NCBI GenBank assembly: GCA_951406725.2
Contig: OX597814.1
Coordinates: 59,706,001-59,770,000, forward strand
Reading direction: 5' to 3'
DNA: 64,000 nucleotides
Origin: Octopus vulgaris
Taxonomy: Eukaryota
In this document: one piece after another, positions 1 through 11,925 of the stretch
Layout of the letters: each line of letters begins with the position of its first letter
How positions within the stretch are numbered: position 1 is the first letter of the stretch
The notes under the pieces: model-generated
The model's input: only the letters and a program-made list of their open reading frames with translations
The model's database searches: none
Told to the model about the DNA's origin: nothing
Translations under genes and position numbers: made by a program

Positions 1-1737
1 TCTTTATCAAAACTGTTGCTTATGTTAAGCCCCACCAGATTCTGTAACTTCGACAAATAGTAATAGTAAATGGCTACAGAGCAATGACAGAACCCTGTAA
101 ATGTACAAACATAATTTTAGGTGAAATGTAAATTATGATTATAAATATGTTATTCTTACTGCTAGAGAAATGAATATATTGTTATACACTATCATTTCCT
201 AGCTAAGGAAGGGTATTAAAAACTACTAATGAATGGAATGAGGTCAATAAATAGTTATTCCTTAATAGAAGTCTTAGTTTCTCAAGAAAGAAATCTAGAA
301 TAATAATTAACTATTGTAATTTATATTATTAATGGAATTTGCTTTAAAATGTCATGCAAGCAGAATTCTCTAAACTGACTAATGTATTATAATGTATTAT
401 CTAAAATGTAAATTGAGTATTTTACTAAAATAAATTACATGTGTTTCAGAAGCCTTTTCTCGAGAATGTATAATAGTTATTTTGAAGCAATTAACGCAAA
501 GCACAGAATTCCTCCGTTTATCATTACCGTCACTGCTAACTGAAATTCATTTACAAATTCATGATAATATTTCAGATAAATCAAATATTTTAAATTGACT
601 GTAGGTTTAAAATTATGTCAGCTATAATTCAACATAATTTATATCTATGAAAGATAATTTAATGTCTCCAAAACATTTATATGATATTATTCGGTAATTA
701 AGCTCAAAAATTGACCACATTCATGACTGAAGTTTATGGTTCCTACAGGGAAATTATATGGTATGCAGAAATATTTATCAAGTATGAACAGGGTAACTAG
801 TGTTAATCTAATTTTTTACTTCTTTTTAATTATGCCTCAGAGGTACTCCTAGCGTAATGAAAGAAACAGAATTAAGTATTAATTTCAATATTATAGAAAA
901 TTTTTTGTAAATTTTAAGAATATGTGAAAGGGATAAAATTTATTTTTTAGAAAAGCATGCAGTATGGAAAATATTCAAATGAGGTTAAATGCAACAATTG
1001 GTATATGACGGTTGAGAGTCAAGAAGCAGAAAAGTATATGGTTCAAGACAGGTTCACAGATGAACTATTTTGAAAAGGAATTCGCTTTAACATATGCATA
1101 TATAGCTTACTGTTTAATTAGAAATTAATCAGAGTTGATCTATGAAATGAAACATCAATTTAGCAAATATTCACGTGAAAGAGGTTGTTGAAGTCAAAAG
1201 TAAACAAAAGTTGACCCTACCTACACCATAGCAGTTTTTCTATACATGGTAGTTATGAAATGTGCCATATAATTGCAATATTGATAAAAAGAAGTTTTAA
1301 AAATATCCATTTCAAGTTTTGCGACTGTTACCTTTCTTCCTAGTAGGTATATACACGAAATTAAAGCAATGGATGCACGAGTTTGCTTCATAGTTGAGTT
1401 AGAAATCTCAGCTGAGTATCCTTCGGAACATTAAAATTAGAATTAACACATTTCCTGTAAGCAATCATCCTACTTTTAACCTGGTTGCATCTTATTTTCA
1501 CGACAGTTATATCTGTTCTTAGTTTCAATAACTTTGTAATACATTGGACTTCGTCGCATCCACCTAAGCCACATATTTGTCAAAGATGAAAACATTATTT
1601 GTGAACTATCTACTAAATTCACGAGTCATTTCAAGTGTCCGGTTAATGATTATCACCATCACTTTCCGTATCACTGTCCGATCCTACTCTGTCAAGGAAA
1701 TCACTTTCACTAAGTTTACTGTCACTATCTGGAATGA

Positions 1738-3290
1738 TTAATCTATTTCAACGACTTTCAGTCTCTTCACTTTCCCCTTCCCTTTGAAGGCACTGGTACT
1801 ATCGCACCCGGTGAATGCAGGATAACCCAGCAATGCAGAACAGAGAACAGGCGTGGAAGACATAACCAGCTTGGTCACATCGATACAGCGTCTTGTGTTT
1901 CCCTTTCCAGTTTCAAACAGAAATCTAGCATGGTGACGTAAGATGAAAAATATGTCTGAATCGAGACTCCTCACGCGAATGGATTTGCATGCAAGTTCTT
2001 TGGCATACATGGAATACAGGATCACATGAACTCCAGTTTCTTCTTGTGAAGATTCGAGAGAGTGTATTTCTTGACAGAATGTGTTAATTCCATCTGATGT
2101 CAACTGGCAGGCTTTTCTTTCACGTATCAGTACCATCTCCTGTATAATGAGAATGTCGTCAGACACCTCACTCTGCCAAGTTGAGAGCAAAAGCTGAATG
2201 AACTGTCTTGTTCTCATCATTTACAAGAAAGAATTTCGAGTCCTTCGGACGCTTTGTTTTTTCACCACTCAGGATGAGTTTGTCTCCAACACCTCATCTG
2301 TTTCGTTCTACCCCTTTTACAGAGTCTACCTTGTACATGTCAGTGCTATATATGATAGGTGACAGGCGAAGAGCATATACCAACACGTTACGAGATATTT
2401 CCCCGATTGTTTCTGGAATCTTACGCAAGCAATGGGACACTGCATTTCCATCCTCTACGATAAAGCTCTGTATTGGATCAGATAACTCTGAATCATCACA
2501 TTCTTTTACAACATGTTTGAAGCCTTTCGATTTGCTTGATTTTGTTAAAAATTGGTCTGCCAATCCAATGCTGTATCAAATAGGCGTCAATAGTTTATCA
2601 AGGTCAAGTTTCCGATCAATCTGTGCTTGAGACTTCAGTAGTAGGTGAAACCCTATATTACCCTGGTGCCTTCTTTTCAGAAGATGAGAATTTCACGGAC
2701 TTGTGCATGTGTGCAATGGCTTTCAAAGTTGGGCGTTTAATAGGATTAAAGAAACCATCCTTCTTCACTAGTCTGTTTTCTATGAAGTCTTCCTTTGCTA
2801 GCCTACCAACAGTCTCAGCAGTGAGGACGTCCTTCGCAGCTTCTTCTCAAGCCGGAGCGCCATATGGTAGATTGAACAACTTTCCATCATCTGGGATGTT
2901 GAAAGAGTTATTTGGTGTGTGCGGTGTGTGTAGTGTGTTTCTGTGTATGTGTGTGTAGTGTGTGCGCGTGCGTGTGTGGTGTGTGTGGTGTATATTTGTG
3001 TGGCGGGTATGTGTATGGTGAATGATTGTGTGTGTGGTGTGTATTTGTAAGTGTGGAGGGTGTGTATACGTGTGTTTCTGCTCTCTGTGTGTGCTTGTGT
3101 GGTGTGCATTTTTGTGTGTGATGTGTGTATGTATGTTTCCTCTATGCCTTGTAAAAAGCAATTGATTGATGTTGAGGTAAGATGGAACTTCTTCAGCGTA
3201 CGACACTCACTAGTAGCGACTATCCAAACAGATATATGCTATGGAGGGTTATCACCTGAGTGGTGCACAGGTGTCATTCACCAGGAGTAG
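1738..3290 (-). mobile_element. Decayed AcademX-like DNA transposon ORF fragment (XPG/PIN-type nuclease region), interrupted by a GT-rich microsatellite
   Basis: Frameshifted minus-strand pieces read FIVEDGNA...TDMYKVDSVKGVERNR (2294-2563) and SQEETGVHVIL...VRSLDSDIFFIL...LGYPAFTGCDSTSAFKGKGK (1738-2220). These match the HEEAD/DTD/H3TH TGCD..S pattern of XPG-like nucleases encoded by Academ transposons. Termini not found. Confidence 0.6.
2913..3135. repeat. Degenerate (GT)n-rich microsatellite
   Basis: Direct reading of gtgtgt/gtggtgt-type units. Confidence 0.9.
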
Positions 3291-4489
3291 TTAAGTACCA
3301 ACAAATAGTGGACGCAAGCCCATAAATAAATACTACTACTACTACCACCACCTCTACTACGACTACTACAATTACTATTACTACTATCACCGTATGGAAA
3401 GAGAACGATATTCTTAAATGTTCTAAATTTTGTAGAATATATGTGAAACATTAAATTACCAATATATGACAGCAAAATTTAAGAAAATACCAAAAAAGAA
3501 CTATGTAAATCACGATTATATATTTATATTCCATAATAAGTAGGAAACGCAATTTACAATATTATATTCCTATCTGACGCTTACAACTCTTTGAAGCTAG
3601 CTGAAATTTAAGAAAATACAAGAAAAAATATATGCCATTTTTTTTCTATTTCAACATTCTGATAGAAACTGTTGTGTAACAGCTCAGCAATATTCTTGAA
3701 TTTCTTAAAGCTTTTAAGATAATTATTGAAAGACTTTAGGATTAACATAGTACAGTATGTGATATAAAAAAAAAGGTAAAATACTATTTTACACACGCTT
3801 TTTTAAATATACATAGTGATTAGAGAATACTGTTTTATATTATTTTTTATAATTAGTTCTAACAACTTATATGAAATTGGACCTTTCCCTTCTAACATTC
3901 ATCATCTAACTTTTAGTGTACGTTTTTACACAGATGTAAATTTTCATCCAATTATCTAACTTCGATATTTTGTTTTGAGAGATTAATAAAAAAGTTTTGA
4001 ATCTTGTAAGAAATAGAATTTTGATATATTAACATATATATATACACAATGTGTAAATAGACTTGCGTCCTTGTGCGTGTAGGTATGTATCACTTAATGT
4101 GTTCATCGAGATGTGTGTATCTATATAGGTTATGCGCATGTATGCGTGTGTGTGTGTATGCGCGCGAGATAGATGCCTGTGAGCCTGTATATAGCTACCT
4201 CTTTAAATTTTTATTTTACATCTATATGATGATTTATAACTCCTATTAATGCTTTCTAGTTTGGTTTCAATAAATTTTATATACTAATCGAACCGTCTGT
4301 TTAAAATAGATTATTTTATTACACCATTTTATATGAATCCCATTTAAAAGAAACCAGATTTTATGTCCGAAATTTATTTATTATAGCTCTCTTTCAAATT
4401 TCTGGGCTACTATAAGCATATTTCTTTAAACGCAATTCTCCGATATTAAATCCTCTGCTAATTTACCTCTCTTAATACAGATTTTGCAT

Positions 4490-4640
4490 TTAGGCACAAC
4501 GCCATTGCATAGACACCACATTAAATACCTGGTATTTTATTCTATCGATAACAAAACGATGAATAGTTAAGTTTACCTCAGCGTCATTTAATCTTTGAGC
4601 TTGAAACGATAATTTATACTTCATCGCTAACTCTTCCGCT
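4490..4640 (-). mobile_element. Highly decayed tRNA-derived SINE copy
   Basis: taggcacaa...tggtattttattctatcga...cctcagcg resembles the reverse complement of the SINE copies at 29157-29608. Confidence 0.35.
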
Positions 4641-6119
4641 ACTACACTACTACACTATTGTAAATGAATCTAATAGAGGTAAACTTAATGAGGACAGTAG
4701 ACTGAGAAATAGAATACATCCAAATTGCTGATTAGGAATTATAAGCATAAATAAAAGGGATGGCGTACCCTTTGGTTCTACTACACGGTAATCTATTGAG
4801 TGTGAATGAGCCATCTTCATTAACAAAATTATAGCACTTTTTCGCTGGTGGTAATAATGATAATACACATATTGAACATGTTACTGATATTGCTCACAAG
4901 AATTCGATCTTTATGCATTTCGCAGAATTTCCTAATAACGAAATATATTATCAGCAATGTATTAGCAAAGATGTGAACGGGTGTAACTGTATTGCTGCTG
5001 ATATTTATCCCTTAAGCGAAAGATATCTACGTAAAATATTGGGCACAAATGAGATATAATGAATGTACCTATGATATGGAGTCAGTAGCAATTTCTCTAG
5101 CCTTATACGCTCAACCTCCTCTACAGAATGTATATTTGATCTAAAATCTCAGATCCAATAGTTTATTAATTATTTATCCAAACGCTACAGGGAGATAAGA
5201 ACTGTTATTTAAGTACAGAAAACAAACTTGAGATTTTAAGGGCATATCGAAATTTATTAAATTAAAATAATGATACTGCATTTCAATGTAGACATTAAAA
5301 TGAATTTTAATTGTTACACAATATGAAATATTACATGTCATCATAAAGAATACGACCGAATATTATACATTCCATATAAATCATATTAATTGTAATAGAA
5401 ATGATTTAGAAATAGACATATGCATATGTAAATGATTTTGTAAAAAATAGAGGTGAGATATAAATAACATCTAGGATTCGATATAAAAACGTTAAAAGCG
5501 TACAAGTAGAAACGCCCTATTGACACGTTACATGTTTTATATTATCTTCTATTAAATCGGGTCAATATTGCGATAGCTATATTTATTGGCACAGGCATAA
5601 CTGACACTATCTAAAATCATCCTGCAACTAATACAGTGAAGACTATCATTTTAATTTCAAAATTTAATTTCAAAATTTTCATCTAAGAATATTCAACTGT
5701 GTCCACTCGTTATTGCTATATTCACGTTACCTATAATGCAAACCACAGGTTAGTCACTTCTTTTAAGTTTATGAAACAGTTATTCACTTTTTTTCGAAAT
5801 TATCTGTCAGATCATGTTAAAAGTTAACTGGTACTAAATAATTCTATGTTTTTTCTCGTTTTCCTTCTAAATATTTAATCTGAAATGTGATATTCTCTGC
5901 TTTGTTGTATCATGCGGTATTATTTAGAACATAAGTAGTATCGTGTTAGTTTATCAATATTTAAAATGGCTTCGTCATTCCTATGTGATTTGCATCATTG
6001 CTAATAGCATATAGGGTTTGGTTATTTATGCCTTTTAGATATGAGCTATTCTATATATGTTACACAAATAATACTATTTATCAACCAATTTAAAGTCGTA
6101 ACCCATGACGAAAATATAA

Positions 6120-6690
6120 TCGCGAGTACAGTGAAGAATTTTGTGTACTGGTATGGGTTCCTCAAGGCTCAGGCCTTAGTCCCCGACATTTCAACATTGT
6201 CCTCCAAGCCATAACAAAGAAATTGAAGACCGGAAGACCCTGAGAACTACTATATGCTGATATTCTTGCCCTTATAGTGGATTATATATCAGTACCAGAC
6301 GAAAAATTCCAGATACGGAAACAAAGCCTGAAATCCAAGGGTCTATGCAAAGACTAATGATCTAGAAAATAAGAAAACTGACAGGACACTACCACTCTCA
6401 GGTAGGTGCACTGTTCGATTTTTAGAAAATGTGTAGGCAGGAACTCCATGCGCTGTACCCAGCCCAAGTTATGGACACACAAGATGTGCAGTGGGTTAAA
6501 TGGAAGGTTATCACAGAAGAGAGTTTTCATACGTGTAAGATGCACAAGATCATTAAAAGCTTTAGAAACTCGGCAAATTGAATCATTCAAATGCCTTAGG
6601 GGCTCATTAGAGGTCGTAGATAATTTTTACTACAAAGGGGATCTACAAGCGAAGGTTAGAAAAGATTGAGGGTAGTATGCTTCACAAAAT
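6120..6690 (+). mobile_element. RTE-type non-LTR retrotransposon RT fragment with an embedded PHD-like Cys/His finger
   Basis: VPQGSGLSP (QG..LSP motif), ELLYADILAL (decayed YADD), then CSIFRKCVGRNSMRCTQPKLWTHKMCSG...VRC, then LEVVDNFYYKGD (YLG motif). Contains stops. Confidence 0.75.
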
Positions 6691-6904
6691 ATTTAATGTA
6701 CGTGTATATGTTCGACAGAGTTTCAGTTTTCTGAGAGAGAATTTAGGCATAAGATGAATTTGAGGAATTATGCACATTATTTCGGTTATTTACATTTGAA
6801 GGATATTTGTCCTAATCTTGTTTGTTGTTAACACAACTTTTCTGCTCATATCCCTCCAGCATTCATCAGGTGTCTTGGGGAAATTTCGAACCTGGGTTCT
6901 CATT

Positions 6905-6906
<2 letters not shown>

Positions 6907-6986
<80 letters not shown>

Positions 6987-7021
6987 TATATACATATAAA
7001 GAGATAGATAGAGAGATACAG

Positions 7022-7075
<54 letters not shown>

Positions 7076-7080
7076 GTAGG

Positions 7081-7139
<59 letters not shown>

Positions 7140-7148
7140 GTAGATAGG

Positions 7149-7238
<90 letters not shown>

Positions 7239-7347
7239 TGTTTCTTTATTAGCCACACAGGGCTGCACACAGATAGAACAAATTACAAGGTAGAGCTTTT
7301 CTTTTGAAGGTTTAAAAAATTAAAAAAATAAAAAATAAAAAATAAAA

Positions 7348-7439
<92 letters not shown>

Positions 7440-7465
7440 GTAGGTAGATAGATAGATGGATGGAT
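6907..7465. repeat. Compound (TA)n / (GATA)n microsatellites
   Basis: (TA)n ~6907-6982; (GATA)n ~7003-7237 and ~7348-7465. Confidence 0.97.
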
Positions 7466-7937
7466 ATCTTTGTTGTACATTTATGTGTACATTTATATCA
7501 TGTTTAGTGAAAGTGAATATGTACATGCACAATTATGATGGCGTCGATATTTATCAGTAGCATTGAGTGGATATTACTGTACTTTCCGGATATTCCGTTA
7601 TTCAGAGTCTGGCATTGTAGTTATGACTTTCATAATGTTTTGCATATGTGAATTTTAATAGACGAGGACAAGATGTTGACGGCTATTTATAAATTCATTC
7701 TTGCATTGAGTAACTCAGGACCAATATTTTTAGATATCCTTTGTAAGTTGTTCTTTCGTAATTTTTTATTTTATATGATTTAACTTAATACCCTTTGTTT
7801 TTCATATCTTCCAGCTATTACTCTTGTTTATATATTTACCGTCTCTCCGTTCGCTTTATCTTCTTAGCGTATTCTCCAAAATATCAGAAATTTTGAGTCT
7901 GAAACCATGTCTCAATGTTTCTTGAAGCTTTGCGTCT

Positions 7938-8220
<283 letters not shown>

Positions 8221-8329
8221 GCAGATATAATTTTACTCAAGAAGTCTTTCATCAGTTTCAAGAATTAGAATTATCACACACACATAAACACATATATTGA
8301 TGGATAGGTAGATAGATATGTTTGTAAAT

Positions 8330-8425
8330 ATGAGGTCTGATCAATAAGTATCCGGACTGTTGCTATAGTAACGAAGGTAAAGCATGCAGAGTGAAGCTGT
8401 TTGGCACAGATTGAAATTGACTCCA
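8330..8425 (+). mobile_element. Solo mariner-like terminal fragment
   Basis: TA-tgaggtctgatcaataagtatccggactg resembles mariner TIR ends (TACGAGG..GAT.AAAAGT). No partner TIR seen. Confidence 0.45.
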
Positions 8426-8914
8426 CCCTTATTTCCTTTCTCTCTGCCCCTTTAGATAGAAGTGAAGCAGAGAATGAAGGGAGTAGAAAAGAAATGTAAG
8501 TAGAGGGACAGAATCTTAGAAATTGAGAACGACAGAAAGAAAAGATTTAGAGAGAAAGAGTCACAAGTCAAGTTTATTTTAGAGTCTATATATGATAGAG
8601 TAGTAATGTTACTTGCATATATTCGTTCGTTTTCTTTGTGGATAATCATAATATATCTGGATATTCTTGGTAGCTATAATTCATTAAGATATATTTGGTG
8701 GTATCCAGAAACACCTGGACGGGGAGTGAAATACATGAAGAGATTTATAAGTACATACAATATGTCGAAAAACTAGTACTTTATTTTATGTACGACAGAG
8801 TAATGTATGAGAAAAGAAAATTGAATAATCAGTAACTTAATAGCAGGAGCAGCAATGACGGCAAGAACAAAATAACAAAAACAACAATAACAGTGGTAGT
8901 TGTAAAAATAATTC

Positions 8915-9430
8915 TGCAAAAATGTGTCAAAGCAACTTGGAGAACAGGAAAACTTGTTTAGAGCAACAATATTACACTAGAGAAAACAAATCAAATAAGA
9001 GAATTAGACCAGACCCAAACATACAAATAGGGAGGTGTGAGTGAACTAGTTACGGTACAGTACAAACAAGGTACAGGAAAGATAAGGAATAATATAGACG
9101 AGTTAGATTATTTCTCGAAACAGAGATAAGTACGAAAAACAAGATATATATATATCAATACTCAAGATGTCCCAGTTATAGGTTCCAGTTACAATATTCT
9201 TAATTGGATTCTTAATGAACTAACCAAAGTAGGCGGGGAAACAAGAAGAGTAATTAGGGAATTTAGTACACCACTCAAAATCTTTCAGAGAAAGGTTATA
9301 TAAACAACGAACTGAAGGTAGCATAGGCCTTAAACAATTAGAAAGCTATTATAAAAGAACCAGCAAAGGATTATAGAAACATTTCATTCAGAATACTGGT
9401 ACAGTCATAAAACATGAGCAAAGCAAAATC
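8915..9430 (+). mobile_element. Old internal fragment of the R4/Dong-type LINE family at 33897-35892
   Basis: Aligns by eye with 34246-34770, e.g. agaattagaccagacccaaacatacaaata vs agaattagaccaaagccaaacttataaata and tatagacgagttagat. Confidence 0.75.
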
Positions 9431-10007
9431 CCTCCTTCCCACTCAATCTGGGCCTTCGTCACTCTTCACAATCTGTAGTCGAAGTAATCACTTCCCTACT
9501 TATGTATCGGTACTTATTCTATCGGTCTTTCTTTTGGGGTATGTTATCTATAAAATATGGTTTATAATCTATTCTAAACTTGTATTTGATTGGTACGCAC
9601 ATTACTAACTTCAAAATTAGGACTTTGCCCTCGGTGGAATGTGATATCAGAAAGTAAAGGAACATAACTTCACACTGGATTTATTTTATAAAGTGCCTTG
9701 CTAATTTTGTTGTCTCGCTCACCAGGAGATCAATATAGCATTGGCTTCTAAAAGATCACATATATTGGCAGATGTATAATCGAATATATTATCCCCACTG
9801 CCTTGTATGTAGTGCAAGATGTATTTAACAATGTGTCGAAGCCGATCTATGCCTTGTAAGTGGATTTGAGTAGGCAAAAACTGCTTAGAGTCATGCTGGA
9901 TCGGATTGTAAGTTTAACTCAAAGGTCGAACCTTATCACACTATGCCACACTACTTCTGTCCCAGAATTGCTTTAACGACACATACTTCTGTAATATAAT
10001 TTAGCCT

Positions 10008-10205
10008 TTAAGGCGGTGAGCTGCCAGAATCTTTAGCACGGTTGGTAAAAAGCTTAGCTATATTTCGACCGCCTTTAAGTTCTGAGCTCAAATTCCACCG
10101 TGGCGCCGACATTGCCTCAAATCGTTTCGGGGTTGAATACTAGGGTTGATTTACTCTCTCCCTCTCGAAATTGCTGATATTGTGTGAAAATTTGAAACCA
10201 ATATA
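10008..10205 (+). mobile_element. tRNA-derived SINE (family A)
   Basis: taaggcggtgagctgccagaatc (A-box-like) ... gagctcaaattcc (B-box-like); similar to the copies at 29157-29965. Confidence 0.7.
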
Positions 10206-11925
10206 TTCAACCATTTGCATGCGAATTAAATAAACTTTGTAATACACTTGTATATCAGAATTTGCCATGTGCACGTATATGTATATACATATGCGTGTAT
10301 ATACATACTCTGTACAGCACATGTCCAATATAGCCCTTAAAACGTAAATAAATAGGAACGTTTTTCATTCCTGAAATTTAAATATATCTATGTCAGTACG
10401 AGTTTAATTTTACTTCCTAAATTATTACCTGTTTTTCTTCCTCAGTAAGCACCCTTCATGTTTTGGGGACTATATTGTCAACTCGAAAATCTATACTGCT
10501 TCCTCAATACATACGTGCATACAGAAGGATGTTTTATGCTGGCCAAAACAAATTTTCCCTTTACTTATCGTTTAAAATAATTGGACTGATAAAAAGTATA
10601 CAACTTAAATCATAAACTCCAATCTTTACGTTAAGTTCACTTACACCGTTGTCAGCAATGCGACAAAAGAATCGGTTAATTCATCATACAACTAATTATA
10701 AATTAAAAGTATACGATAAACAAAAGCAACATAGTAATCATAGGATATGAAATAGTATATCTAATTGTTAATGTAATTAATATAGTTGAATATAATTATA
10801 ACATAATTCATTTTAATAATTAAAGTAATAGACTTAAATGCGATTTTATGACTAACTGTTTTAGTTATAGAACAGACAAAAAGCAAAAACCATACCTTAC
10901 ACCAATCTCAATATAAAATATAAATTTAAAACATTCCTTTATATAAATTCACTACATATTTCTAAAATTCCAATAACCAACTCTAAATTAACACATAACT
11001 CCGCCACACTCACAACTATATACAATTCGCTAAGAGGTCAGTTTATTACTTATTTAATTATTGATTATAAACAAGTGTGCACCCCAAAATGCATTATCGA
11101 TTTCAGCGAAAATACGACCAATAACCCCAATTACAGACATACACGTTTACCATACTTAGCATTTGTTGAGTTCCTCTGCATAACTCTTATTCAACTTCGT
11201 TGTTTACTACGCCCAACTAAAGATTCTCAATTGCCAGCAACATACTTGCCCAATTAATTAGATTTCCATTACAACTAAAACTTATCAATGATATAATACC
11301 CTTTTCCGTTGGAAAATATGAATGTCAGTGAAACTTTCATATCATTGTCAGCATTACAATTTTTTGCCTGCATTATTTGCTGCCTGAAATCAAGAAGAGA
11401 AAGAACAGCTTTTTTATAGATAAAGAGTTCGTCCAAAACATGTGCAATACGACAGAGCTGTATCAGTTAATAAATATTAAACTCTACTTCCTTTGAAAGA
11501 AACTAACATAGACATTTCAGCAGTAACCAGTACTTTTTGATGATAAGCATAATATACGCTGGAGTAATTTTTTTAAATGTTTCTGTTTTCATATTTTTTA
11601 AAGAGAATGTTATAATGAAATGGTGTTTAGGCCAATAATTTTGTATTACTGAAAGTGTAACAAAAATCACTCGTTAACTTGAACATATTGAGTATTATAT
11701 CAAGAATGATATAAAACTATAAGAACAAGAATATTATTCACCGGAATTTTGAGATATGGAATGAGAGGATACAATGCAAAACTACAAATATTTTGTAATT
11801 TCTGACAAGTCAACATCATGAAATACATATCTAGAAATGAATACACCAACACAAACATAGGTTACAATTTACCATTACGGTTCGGATTTAAATACAATAT
11901 CGATTATTGTTGGATAATTATAACA

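Noticed and set aside
749-1073. Two possible plus-strand exons (KLYGMQKYLSSMNR; KSMQYGKYSNEVKCNNW...)
   Set aside because: Weak splice signals and no recognisable homology
1229-3675. TIR pair for the Academ-like fragment (tagcagtttttctata vs gatagaaactgttg)
   Set aside because: Match too short and degenerate in AT-rich sequence
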